DNA of 61,247 nucleotides, filler included, from It is 11 parts of 11 records of this genome, joined end to end, with 100 filler letters (N's around TTAATTAATTAA, not from the genome) between each part and the next. Parts side by side here need not be neighbours in the genome. Positions count along the whole stretch, not along the records: positions 28,498 to 34,659 come from SRR15195285_1936; positions 34,760 to 38,100 come from SRR15195285_1938; positions 38,201 to 43,711 come from SRR15195285_1944; 8 more parts are not named here. One strand, 5' to 3'. Shown piece by piece: positions 31,401 to 43,109 of this stretch (position 1 is its first letter; each line of letters starts with the position of its first letter). The notes under the pieces were generated by a model. It saw only the letters and a program-made list of their open reading frames with translations, ran no database searches and was not told where the DNA came from. The position numbers and the translations under genes were made by a program.

Positions 31401-34216
31401 TCCCGCGCAGCTCAGCCCGTCAGGACTGACCTGCGGGAATGCACATCGTGTGCATGTCAGTGAGTATTTGTCATATCCACACGAAAATCCTGGTTGGCAA
31501 GGATGCTCGGAGCAGCCTCCAAGCTGGCCTGATATGAAAACAGTGGTTGCCCCAGGAAGAAAAGGCTCGAGCACAGTGTCGGAAATCCTGACTGACGCCG
31601 GAGTTTCCATATACAGTGCAGCTCCGTCAGCGAGAGCCGTGTTGTCAGTGAAGGAATTCTCATGCATTTCAAGCCTAACTCCTGCTGGGCCGCAAGCAAT
31701 TCCACCGCCGACTGTGCCCGCCATATTGGTTTCGAAGATACTGTTCGAGATCTTCATCGTACCACCACCCACGAAGATTGCACCGCCCTTAAGGCTCTAC
31801 AAGAATGACGTGGAAGCTTCAGCATCAGAATTTACGATAATGCGCGACGGTCTGAATATTGCAGGTGGGCCTACCGCGAAATTGGACTTGAATTGTACAT
31901 GCGCCAAGGTGGTGCCTGCGTCGACCATAAAAATGCCTGCGCCTCTTATCTGCATGACACATTCACATCAGCACCAACGTGATTACGCATGACCAAGGCT
32001 GATGCGCTAATGATATAACCCAAGGTTGCAGCGGAAATCGGCGCTGCACAGGCGGTGCAGATGCTAGATTCTATGTTGGAATAGCTTACACCAGCATTGT
32101 GGGCAAACCTTCCGTGATCCACATTGAGGTCGGCTTGTGTCCAGATGCCTGCGCCTTGCTCGCAACCAGGACCATTATCGCGAACGATGACGAAGCTTAG
32201 GTCGACGGACCCACCCCAAATACCTACACCGCAGCCATTGCCTGTACCAGGGTTGTCGGGAACGATTGCTTGGTGCATCAACATCCTTCCGCCAGTGTCT
32301 TGGGTTATCCATGTCCTCGGGCCGAAGTGAATATAGCGACACGCCAACTGCGTTTCGTCGTCAGATACCCAGAGATGGAGCCCCCATGGGAGGAGTGCTA
32401 GCTGTGGCACATCGGCCATGTGTCCCGGCAACGGGCGGCCTTGAATGGCCACTGCGGTAAGATCCAAACCTGAAAATTGCAGAGACAGACTATCAAGACC
32501 GGTGCCAGCTTCCTCGACAGGAAAGTCCTCAATCACCTGAACTCCAGTCGCACTAAATCGTTGCCAACGCCCGTCGAGCCCATTGATCAGACATTGCCCC
32601 GTTGCAGCGGACATATTTGCCCGCGCTAGCAACGCCGGACACTCATAGATGCACGCCCCTTCATCAACCACTGCGTGTGGATCGTAATTGGCTGCCCACT
32701 CGTCCATACAGCCAGACCTGTGGCAAGCACTGGCACCTTCTACGCTAAATTGTCCGTTCGCACAAGGCCGGCAAGTAGAACTCGAAAAGGCCCGGGTTTC
32801 AGTTGAGAACGTGCCTACGGGACAAGTCGAACATATTGAGGTCTGCAAGTCCGGCTGGGTTGCGCCATACTTTCCCACGTCACAGTCAGTGCAGTTCGAG
32901 CTTGTGGTGGCACCAGCTGAGAGCACGGTGCTTCCGAGTGGGCAAGTGCCACTACATTCCAAAGCTCCTACTTCGTTCGAGAACCGCCCAACACCACATG
33001 GTTCACACACCGTGCTTGCGTTCGAATCATGGTCGAATTGGCCCACAGCACACGGGTGGCACGACCGAATCTGGGCACTAGGGTCTGTTGCCGAAATTAG
33101 TCGTTCCACGACATCAAGCACCTGTCGTTCACTGAGCGTGGCTGAGTGTAGCTCGATTGCGTGAATCACTCCACCAAACCCCCCAAATGTCGGAAACTGC
33201 TCGTACCAACTACCGAGCAACATGTAGCCAGCACCAAACGCACGTGTTCCGTCAATCGGTGCTCGATAGTCATAGTCGTACTCCACGACCGGTTGCGGCT
33301 GGCCGAGAGGGGTCGTGCCAGATGTGGTGGAGTAGCCGATATTGTAGTTGTCATCCAACCCAGCGTTGAGAAGCATACCTAGCCACTCCAGTTGTGGGCT
33401 TGCTTGTGGGTTCTCGGCCGAGAGCACAGCCATGTCGGACGCTGCGCTAACTTCACCATCTTTGTTTCTCCTCAGACGTGTACGATAAATCAAGAACTGG
33501 GTTGCATTAAGCCGCACGCTCGGCCCCACGTAGCCACTATAGCCGAAGTTGTCCACCATCATCGGATATCCGCCTCCTGCAAGCTGCACAGGTGGCCCGA
33601 CTGTGTGATGTATTTGAAACGCAATGGTCCCCACATTTTCACCCGGCCGGAATCCAAGAATTGCACTCTGAGTGCCAAGCCCCTCCATTGGGGTAACCAC
33701 GGCGAAAAACGTGTTTTGGCCACCGAAAACGAGTCTGCGATTCGCGAACATAATATGTTGATCATCCGGATTGTTGAAGTGCACCCCTGCAACAAGATCA
33801 GGGCGCGTGTCTATCGAAAGGGATAGTGGAACACGCGTATGATTCACAGGAAAGTGAGCCCACGACTCCCCGTGAGTCCCTACTGGCTTCACTTGTGTAA
33901 ATGCTAGGCCAGCGGGCTCCTCGGCATTCCATACTACTGTTCCATCTTCTACATAGCTAAGCCCGTCCGCGCGGAACCGGAACGCCAGCGACTCGTCGTT
34001 GTAGGCGGACGTGGTTCCGGCCGGGCACGCGCAGCACTCCGCCTGAGTCGCAGCGAATACCAGCGCAGCGTTGAGCACCAGCGTTTGTCCTGGCGGGCAA
34101 ATCACATCATGTGCGCTTTGTGCATTCCCGGTGCAAGTCGTGTTTTGAGCCGCGACTCCGGACCAACGAGTGAACACGACTAGTGTGATGCGGATGAAGA
34201 AAGTGCACGCCACCAT
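28498..34216 (-). CDS. Large cell-surface receptor-like protein: signal peptide, LamG-like domain, Cys-rich repeats, beta-helix, EGF, multi-pass TM region and a cytoplasmic ART-like domain (3' truncated, 4 exons seen)
   Basis: Exons 34216-32090, 31949-31875, 31796-29835 and 29749-28498, joined in phase 0 by GT-AG introns. Contains CPxG/CxxCxxG repeats, GGAI/GAGI plus FxxN beta-helix repeats and DIDECAIDHGGC (Ca-EGF). The TM region has FFVYPPIC..F..FNC and YRPRFLYWEALDMTRKLMLVG. Confidence 0.88.
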
Positions 34217-34759
34217 GTGTGGCCACCTTGGTGCTAAATACACGCGAGCGCTTGTGCAGACGGCTGTTTGGGAGAGCGCCCCTGGCGAGCTTGCGTACAG
34301 CGGCCTGCTACGTCTACACGGTTCTGCCAGTTGTGCGAGCCTGTTGGGTGTTGGACCCCACCACCACTACCCACCCACCCACCCCCTTCCGCTGCAACCG
34401 TCCCACAGTCCAGTCTAGTCCAGACCAGTCCGCTGGTCTAGCCTAACCACTGCGGTCCAGCGCCGCCCAAGCCGCCGCGATTCTGTCGCTACCGGCACCG
34501 GCACCGCGAGCTCCTCGCCAATCTGCAGCGAGGCGCTGCTGGCTTGTCACCGTTCGAAATGCAGGGGGCCGTCGCAGTCCCGTTCACAGACTCCCTTACG
34601 CTACACCTCATTCCGCTCGTTCGCGTGCCTGCTGGCGTGGCTGCATGGTAGAATCCTTCNNNNNNNNNNNNNNNNNNNNNNNNNNNNNNNNNNNNNNNNN
34701 NNNTTAATTAATTAANNNNNNNNNNNNNNNNNNNNNNNNNNNNNNNNNNNNNNNNNNNN

Positions 34760-37604
34760 GCAGCAGCAGCAGCAGCAGCAGCAGCGTCCAGATGAGAATG
34801 ACGAGCTCGGGTGGACGCTGGAGCCGGGAGACGAAGGCGTGTTTTCCAACGGCGTGCGGCGGGTGCTGAAGGAGCGTGGGTGGAGCTGCCCAGCTTGGGA
34901 TGGTACAGACAACAGCATATGCTCCAAGCAATGGCGCAGCCTCGTTACGAACAAGAAAGTTCAGCTAGGTAGAAGCACGATGGTCGCCACTTCGCTGCGG
35001 CAGACCACAATTGATACATGGGACGGACGGGCGGGGCGGGATGGCTACACTGTGGCTTTGTGCACAGTCGTTGCGGAGTTTCAGTCGAAGTCGCGAGCGG
35101 GTGACCACATATCAGGGGGTACATATAGGGTGTACTATGTAAACAGTACTGTCGCGAGTGCGTGCCGTCAATATGCAGAGCAGTGGCGACTCCGTCCGGC
35201 CGTGGCGTCCTCAGCTGCAATGGTGCAGCCGTCCGAGCAGCCTGCGACGGCTAAACTAGATGCTCAGTGTGCTGGTGGCTGCATTTTGCATTCAGAGTCG
35301 CCACGGTTGCATCCGGTCCTGTGCAAATCTGATGTTGGAAACAGTCGGCTGATGGATGACGGGTCGGCATCCGAGGGCTATGATAGATGGTGGGATAATG
35401 ATGAATCATCCGACAGCTCCCTTTGGTTTCCATTGGACAGTCCTCAAAGTAGCGCCTCCTCCCATGTGGACGACGAGCTACTTTGGTCACTAAACACAGA
35501 CCACGCCAGCTTGCCACAGTCTGTGTCGGATTGGAACGACGGGTTTCGCAATACCGACAACTCCGAGGCCCCGGCTGTTCTGCACGGTGGTGGTTTAGCG
35601 CCAAAGCGAAAGAAGGGTAGTAGGTGCTCGGAGTTGATACTGGAGGTTGCGGACGCCGATCGTTCTTCACTGAAGGTTCAAAAGACTGAGCACAAATGGG
35701 CGCGTGGAGCATGCTTCTCTGCTTGCGTAGTTTCTGTGCTCTTCATCGCCTTCACCACTGGTGGGCCCGGCTGGTGGCAGTCAAGCATTGATGGCAAGGA
35801 GAACTGGCACTGCACCGGTGCAAGCCCACGTTGGACAGACAACGATCTCTGCCGCTCTGATCCAACAGCCACATTCCCATGTGAGATCGAAGTAGCACCA
35901 AGCGTGTGCGGCGATCGCTATGGAGTGGAGGTGGGCCGAATTTGTCGGTGTGATGGATGCTTCACTGGTGGCAAGTGCGTGGTGTGGGATTACAACTACG
36001 TCGAAGGCTTGTGTCGCGAACCTGCTGGTCTCGGAGACAGCCCCGCTGCTATTGATGCTGACGTGTTTTCCAACGACGAAACTACTTGTCTGTGCTCAGC
36101 AAGCAGAACGCAACTTACGTGTACGAATGGAGAGGTCCACACATGCCCGTCGGGATCGCACTGCTCACAACATTCTGGGGCAAAGTTCGACAACACTACC
36201 TGGCCCTCTGCTTGCAAAGAGCCGGTGCGATGGCCACGGTGGAGGCAGCAACTACGCGCGCCAAAACAGGAGAGAAACTCCGCCGCAGTAATGTGGATAG
36301 GTGGGAACTCGGAGATGTTTGTGTACCTGTTTTCTACAGCCGGCAAGTGCCCATGGCGAGACAAGAACATCGTTGCTGATCTTCAGGGCCAAGTTCGTGA
36401 CCGAGACATCGGAGCCTGCCCGATCGAAAACATTTCATTTGACGACAAGTACAGTTCCAGTACTGGTAGCACGTCCGTGGCGGGGCTATACCGGTATGAC
36501 TTGCACAACGAGACCTGGGATCACTACTGGAGCAATCTGGATCTGGGCGACCAATCCATTCCAATCGCTCGCAATGATGCGGTACAGTGGAGTGAGCGAC
36601 CCATGGGTGGAACTGGTGTGTTCATTCTGGGCGGGCTGGGTTGCGTCGGGGGGGCTACAGAACACTGTGTACTACAGCCGCTTTTCGACATGTGGTACTT
36701 GGATGCCGACAGCCCTGACAGCAGCGTGCGCTGGTTTGAGCTTCGTGGCGAGACGGGTGTGCCTACAGATTATCTGTGGCCAGAGCATACACATGGAAGC
36801 TGCAGCTGGGCGTCCAAGAGAGACAATGCAGTCGGTGGCGGTGGCGGGCAGCTCTGGATATTTGGTGGCGATCGGCACTGGGCAGGGTTGCATCTTATGC
36901 AGAGGGTAACTGCAGATTTGTTATGTTACGAGTATGCTGATCCGCGTGTTCGTGGCAACTGGACACGCATCACACCCGACATTGTGCCACCGGGACGCAG
37001 TTTTGCCGTGGCGTGGTCCACCCCAGACTCTGGTAGCGCCGCCGCATACATCTTTGGAGGGTTCTCTCAGATCGAGCAGCGGGTACTTCTAAATGATCTA
37101 TGGAGCTTCAATGGCGACAAAACCACCCCGCGCTTCACACAGATCCATCCACCCAACGTAGAATCCTGGGCGAACTCGCCAAGCACGTTAGCGTGGCCAC
37201 CCAGCGCAATTGGAGACGGTTGGGTCGACGCAGAGATGTTGTGGCTGTGGACTTCGCCCGGGTTCGGACTGCCTCCTAATCGTAACAACATTAGACGTTT
37301 CGAGTCGGTCCTTGAGCGTCAACGGAACCAGCTCTGGACCTTTTCCCTTCGATTGCAGCAGTGGGAGCGTGTCGATGACAGCACCTCTCCGAGGCTGCCC
37401 AGTCATGACGGCTTGAACGAGATCCTGGGAAGCCCGAAGGAGGACAGTACAAAACGCAGCAGTATACCATGGCCCAAGCCCCGAGAGGGTGCTTTGGTGG
37501 TGGACGGCTACGTGCTTGGCGGTGTTGGACGGCCGGCTTGTGATGTCACAGGAGGTGAGCCAATCCAATCATTGGGCGAACTGTGGCAGTTCTCCATTTT
37601 GTAA
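34760..37604 (+). CDS. Single-pass membrane protein with a Cys-rich region and a kelch-like beta-propeller (5' partial)
   Basis: The frame is open from the (CAG)n tract at the contig start to the stop at 37604. There is one hydrophobic helix, ACFSACVVSVLFIAFTT (about 35709-35760). Kelch-type motifs include VFILGG..DMWYLD, LWIFGG, AYIFGG..LNDLWSF and PKPREGA..YVLGG..ELWQF. Confidence 0.8.
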
Positions 37605-38580
37605 CGAAGTCCCACAACGAGTGCTAGTATTCCGTGCACGGCAGCTGGGAGATTTGATGCAAGACGGTTTCACTCCAGCGCCTGCGTTGTGGCTGGGATC
37701 GGGCAAACGCCCCGCCGTATGCCTGGTGCCACAACGCTGCTGTCTGACCCACGGATGCAATCGTGATCAGTGTGAGACAATAATCGGGTTTTAATTGCTC
37801 GTATGCATCGTGCTTGGGTCCCACCACACTGCTGTTCATACTTAGTATGGTTGTTTCCTGGTTGCATGCGTATCCCACCACCGGGGTCTCGAGACTAAAG
37901 TGATGAGATGAGTCTAAGCACTCGAAGTACATGTACCACTGTCAGTCTAGGAGCTAGATCCGGGCCGATCTCAGTGCAAACAAGGCACGCTGTACACGTA
38001 CTAGACGGCGAAGAGCACGGGTCTTGCATTTATCCCAAAAATAGTTAAAATGAAGGGTCATCACCCAACATAGGCCCAATTTTACTGTTACCCTCGTGTT
38101 NNNNNNNNNNNNNNNNNNNNNNNNNNNNNNNNNNNNNNNNNNNNTTAATTAATTAANNNNNNNNNNNNNNNNNNNNNNNNNNNNNNNNNNNNNNNNNNNN
38201 TCGACCAAAATCCGAAACGGTAACCGTTTTCCCGGGGCCATCGCTGTTAGCCGACGCCACGGTGCAAAAGCTTACGTCCCGAAGGCCCACAGACATGTGT
38301 GGTACAGTATATGGGGGCTGGGAACACCAGAGCTACGGGCTCCGACATGTCGCATCACGATATCTTGAAACAGCACATGGTAGTGTCACATTGCAAGGGG
38401 TCATTGGTGACATGTTCTACTGCTACATTCATGGTGCAGGCGTGGCAGGCGAACGTGCAGGCGAACGAGCTTTCGACGGAAGGCCATTAGTGGCTGTTGG
38501 GCTGAGGGTGTCGCCAGAATAGAAGAATAAAACAAAGGCTGCATTGTTCATGCAGCACGAGAGGCACGTACCGTACAGCA

Positions 38581-41500
38581 CTAGAAGCCGTCATTGCCGT
38601 AGAGCAGATCGTCGCTGTCACTCGAGTCCCAGCCACCATCATCCACACCAGAGGCACCGCACTCGCTATCCGAGCAGCTGCTTTCGTCGCTTGAGCTGTG
38701 ATCACGATCATCGTCGTCATCGCCTGAGCCACCATCGCCGAGTACCTCGAAGCCATCGGCGTCATCGCTGTCATGCATCGCAACCGCGGCGGGTACGCGC
38801 AGCAAGACCGACGGTGTCGGCGCAACAAAGCTCGACGCGGCATCAGCATCGTCCCCTGGGCGCGTAGTGGCAACACGCGAGCGTTCTGCGACCACCGGGA
38901 AGCCAGCAGTCTGCATGCAGCGAAGAAGGAGACGAAGGCGCTCAATCACCTCTGCGTGCTTTAGCTTGACGTCTGGGTAGCTGTTCGCGGTCTTGCCCTG
39001 CGTGTTGCTGGTGAACGACGGCGAGCGGCTAGTCGGTGCGCCAGTTGGCAACCCCTCAAAGTAGCTGCAGACACCGGGACAAGTTGGTTTTTTCGCAGGG
39101 TCAACAGGCACCGTCTTCTGAACGCGCAAGGCTGCCTGCACGTTCGCGTTCATGAACGGATTCAAGTGTGCTGGGAGCGCCTGCAATATCTTGAACAGCA
39201 CGTTGCAGACACCCCGCGAGAAGCCGTTGGCCGGCGATAAGCGTGTAAAGTCGTACGTCCGTGGGCCAGTGCGAAATAGTTCGTAGGTCGGGAATTCGGC
39301 GGGCAGCAACGAGCGACCCCCAACAATGCACTGCGAGACGTCCACCTTCAGAATCGCCTTCAGTGCCTCGCGCTCTTTCTTGTCGCGTGCGGCTGCCTCC
39401 TTGGCCTCAAGCCGCGCATACTCGCTGCCCACGGCCTTGAGCTTCTTCGGCTTGTTCATCCAACCACCTCGCTCTCTGATGTTGCGCATGCGGCGCACAA
39501 GCACGCCATTCTGCCAGTCGTGCTTCATGCACGCAGCCGGCCGAGAGATGCCAGGCACGTTCCAACCTGCGAACAGATTGTCGGGGTCGCGGCGCCGGTC
39601 CAGCTTGATGGCTACAACGCAGCTGATCAGCTCGATGCGCTTCATCCCCGCGCATAGAGTCTGCTTGCGGAACATACCCATGCAATCCTCAGCTGCGTAC
39701 GTGTTGCGCTTGGCCCCTGAGACGTAGGAGAGGATGGACATCGCCTCCAAACTGCTAGAGTGCTCCTCCAGTTTCTTGATGGCGACATCAAAGTGCAACT
39801 TCAAGCGTGCGAGCATATGCCGGCGCCTCGCACCCGATCGTGGCAGCTCTGGCGTGTTCGGTGGATCCGCTGCGACGCGTGCTCTCGCGTCAGCCCGAGC
39901 TCGCTTCACCTCAGCTGGGTTGCACAGCATTTTGTCGCCGTCTCCCTTCTCCTTTGCAATCTTCCAGTACTCCTGGGTCTCAGCCACCGTCAATCGTTCA
40001 TCGCCAGTACTACTGGTGTACAAGCGCTGCATGATCACCTTGTAGACCCCAGCGAGGAAAGTGTCGCTATCATCCTCCAAGGCCGGAGCAAGATCGTCCT
40101 CCATCATCCTCTGCATGTTGCGCAGGTGCACCATGGGAAGATCGTCCGCAGACTCGAAGATCCTAAACAAATGTTGATGGTGGCAGACGCACATCGCCTG
40201 CACGTTGAAGGTGAAGTACTCCCACTGGTCCAACAGGCACCGCAGCACACCCTTCTGGCCGCCCAAGATCTGCTTCTTCAGCGCCTTGCAGTTCCAGTAC
40301 TGCTCTGCGAAAGCCTTGAGCCTGTCCAGCCGCGGCAGCAGGTAGCGCGCCATCTCATACTCGGAGAGGTGGCGGCAGGTCTGGGTCACCGCCACCGCAG
40401 CGTAATCGCCAACCTCATCCTGAAATGCCGCCCATAGCAGGCGGTTCTCCCGTCGGAATCGCCGCGACAGGATCCGCAGCTTGTTCACGGTGTAACTGGT
40501 GCTGCGGTTCCTCACCGCAGCCGGCAGCTCGGGCAGGTCCTTGCCGTCCAGATCGCCCCCTCCAGCGCTCGCCGGCAGCTTCTCGATGATGGCGACGTTC
40601 TTGTCGATGTTGGAGGCGATGATATTCGCCACATGCCGATCGCAGCCTATCTTCTCGCACGGAATAAAGTCATGCTGCGGGCGAATGCCACGTCCTGTGA
40701 GCTCCTTGTACTCTAGGTACCGTATCTGTGGACAAGAACAGCATAGTTCAGTGAGTACATGGAACCGTGCAGTAGTACTGGTACTATACAATAATCCAAT
40801 CATGTAGCAGTATGGTACAGACTACTACTAGGAAGGTAGACGAGGGAGACGACTTCTAAAGATAGTCTGTACACTGGTAGTAGTAGCACTAGCTAGTAGA
40901 ACTAGCCAGTACTTGTGGTACTAGTACATGTAGTCTGTACTCTAAGTATAGACTACTAGTACTACAAGTACATCTATCCTGTACTGTCAAACACCCGCAT
41001 TGCTGTACTGTAGTCTGTACCTGCAATCCAGTACAGCATACGTATGGCAGCGCACCAAGTAGTAAGTAGGAAGTACTTACTGTAATAGTCAAGTACAGCA
41101 AAGCACTACTCAGTGTACTACTGGAGGTACTATCACAGCTCCTTTTACGTACTAGTAGTACAATTGTACAGTCAGTACAACAATATATCGATCAATACAT
41201 GGATCAATGCAATGACAACTGGACGATAAAATGCATTCTACAATAACAAAAAGTTCAGACGAGACACCAACACAGCACGCACCTGGCTGATCTTCTTCAC
41301 TAGGCCCGCGCGTGGGCCCGTCATCCCGTTGCAGTTGTCGACGCAGAAGCTGATGAAGTCGTACAGGTACAGCAGTGCCGACTCTGGCACGGCGATGGAT
41401 CGCTGCCAGTTGCGGAACCGCTCCAGCTCTCGGAGCAGCATCCGCAGGTCGCCGGTGTTGCCCATCTTGCCGAAGAGCTCCTGCAGGTATAGCAGTCGCA

Positions 41501-43109
41501 CCTTGCCGACATTCGTCAGGCCCGCCCCACCGATGAGCACCGCCGACATGTTCCTGCCGTTGAACTTGCTGGTGTCGTCGATCATCAGCGCCAGGCCGGC
41601 GCAGCCGGTGAACTTCACGACCGCCCAGTTACCAGCGTGATGCCTGGCCAAGAACTCTTTTGCCGACAATGGCGGCCCCATCTCCGGCATGGTGACGAGG
41701 AGATCCTCGGCCTGCTCGTGCTTCTCGTCCCATTCGCTGACCTTGTCGAACACGGCGTCCTTCCACCAGCCCTCTGGTTCCAGCTGCCCCCCGTCGGCTG
41801 CCGGGTGTGCCTCCATTGCAGCACCATGGAGTGGCGTCGGTGCCTCATCCGGCACATCAAACGTTGGTGCGTGCAAACGCGCACAGTCAAGCGCGAGCTG
41901 CCAGCGAATCTGACCGTAGGACTCCGTGATGCCGCCGATGGTAACCTCTGTGCTGTCGGTCAGGGTGCACTTGACGTCGGTGCCGTACGCGGTGAGGGTG
42001 GTGAGCAGATTCGGCAGCGTCTGGTCCAACGCGGTGCCGCCGAAGACGTGTGCGTGCGCACAGACCATCCGCGTGGGCTGCGACGCCCAGTGACGGCTGT
42101 TGTAGCCGCAGCGGCGCAGATTCAGCTTCACGCCGCTGAGTGATGTGCGGTAATGCACATCGTCTGCCCCAGCACGGTCCAGGTGGTCCCCGAGATCCAA
42201 CCGCACCTGCATCTCGATCTGTTCCCGCACAGCCGGCGGCATCTGCTGCACCGTGCCGGTCTCAGCCTCTCGCTGTGCAAGCTGACGCTCGAGCTCGCGA
42301 ATCCGCGCCTCAGCTCTCTGCGCGCGCCGCTTGTATTCGTGCAGCTCATCGCTCTTGGTGGTGAGCCGCTCGACTGTCTCTTGCAGATCGTCGCACTGCT
42401 CCGTAGCAGCTGCTTCCTTGCCCTTCCACTGCTCCCGTGATATCATCACCTTGGAAAGAGAGCGCTGGAGGTCTTTTCTCTGTTTCTTGAGCGCGAACTC
42501 AGTCTGCTCAGCATCCGGCGCCTGATTCTCCTGCCCTTCGCGTGGTGGAGTCGCCGGAGCAGCTGCAGCCGCACTGGCACTCGCAGCACCATTCTGTCGC
42601 CTCGGCGACAGCGCACGCTTCAGCGACGCCTTCGAGAGACCCGGCGTTGAGAGACCCAGCGACCCGGCGGCTGACCCAACAGCTGCAGCGGAAGCGCCGG
42701 CCGCGGCGCTAGAAATGCTGACCACCCCATCGCCGAGGCACGCGTTGAGCTCCGCGCAGATGAAGTCAGCTGACTGCGCCTTCACTGCGTCGCGCCGCTT
42801 GTCGACGCAGACCTTGCACGCCTTCCGGGCTAAGTCCTCCAACCCAGGGCGCACTGGCAGCCAGCGCTCGCACAGCGCAGCCCCCAGCGCCCCCAACTCG
42901 CTGTCGCTGCTCAGCAGGCCGCGTGGGGTCGTCACCAAGCTGTGCCGCTCCACGAGCTCGCGCACATCCGCGAGAATCCAGCCTTGCACTGTACCGGCCG
43001 TGCGGAGCAAACTGTGCCTACCCTTGCGGAAACCCTGGCAGCCGCACTTCGGCGTTATATCGCCGTTGGGATGGAGGCTGCCTAGCCAGCACAGGCACTC
43101 CCTCCCCAT
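38581..43109 (-). mobile_element. Divergent hAT-like DDE transposase gene, 2 exons, about 1323 aa
   Basis: Exon 1 (43109-41283) and exon 2 (40725-38581) join through a phase-0 intron at 40726-41282 (GTGCGT..CCACAG). Ordered motifs: LALMIDDTS (D1), ISFCVDNCNGMTGPRAGLVKKI (D2), GCDRH (CxxH), TCRHLS and NTYAAEDCMGMF (E). Termini and TSD were not seen. Confidence 0.72.
40726..41282 (-). repeat. 557-bp low-complexity intron rich in GTAC/CTAG/TAGTA/TACT words
   Basis: Composition shifts sharply from the GC-rich flanking exons, and canonical splice sites bound both ends. Confidence 0.85.
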
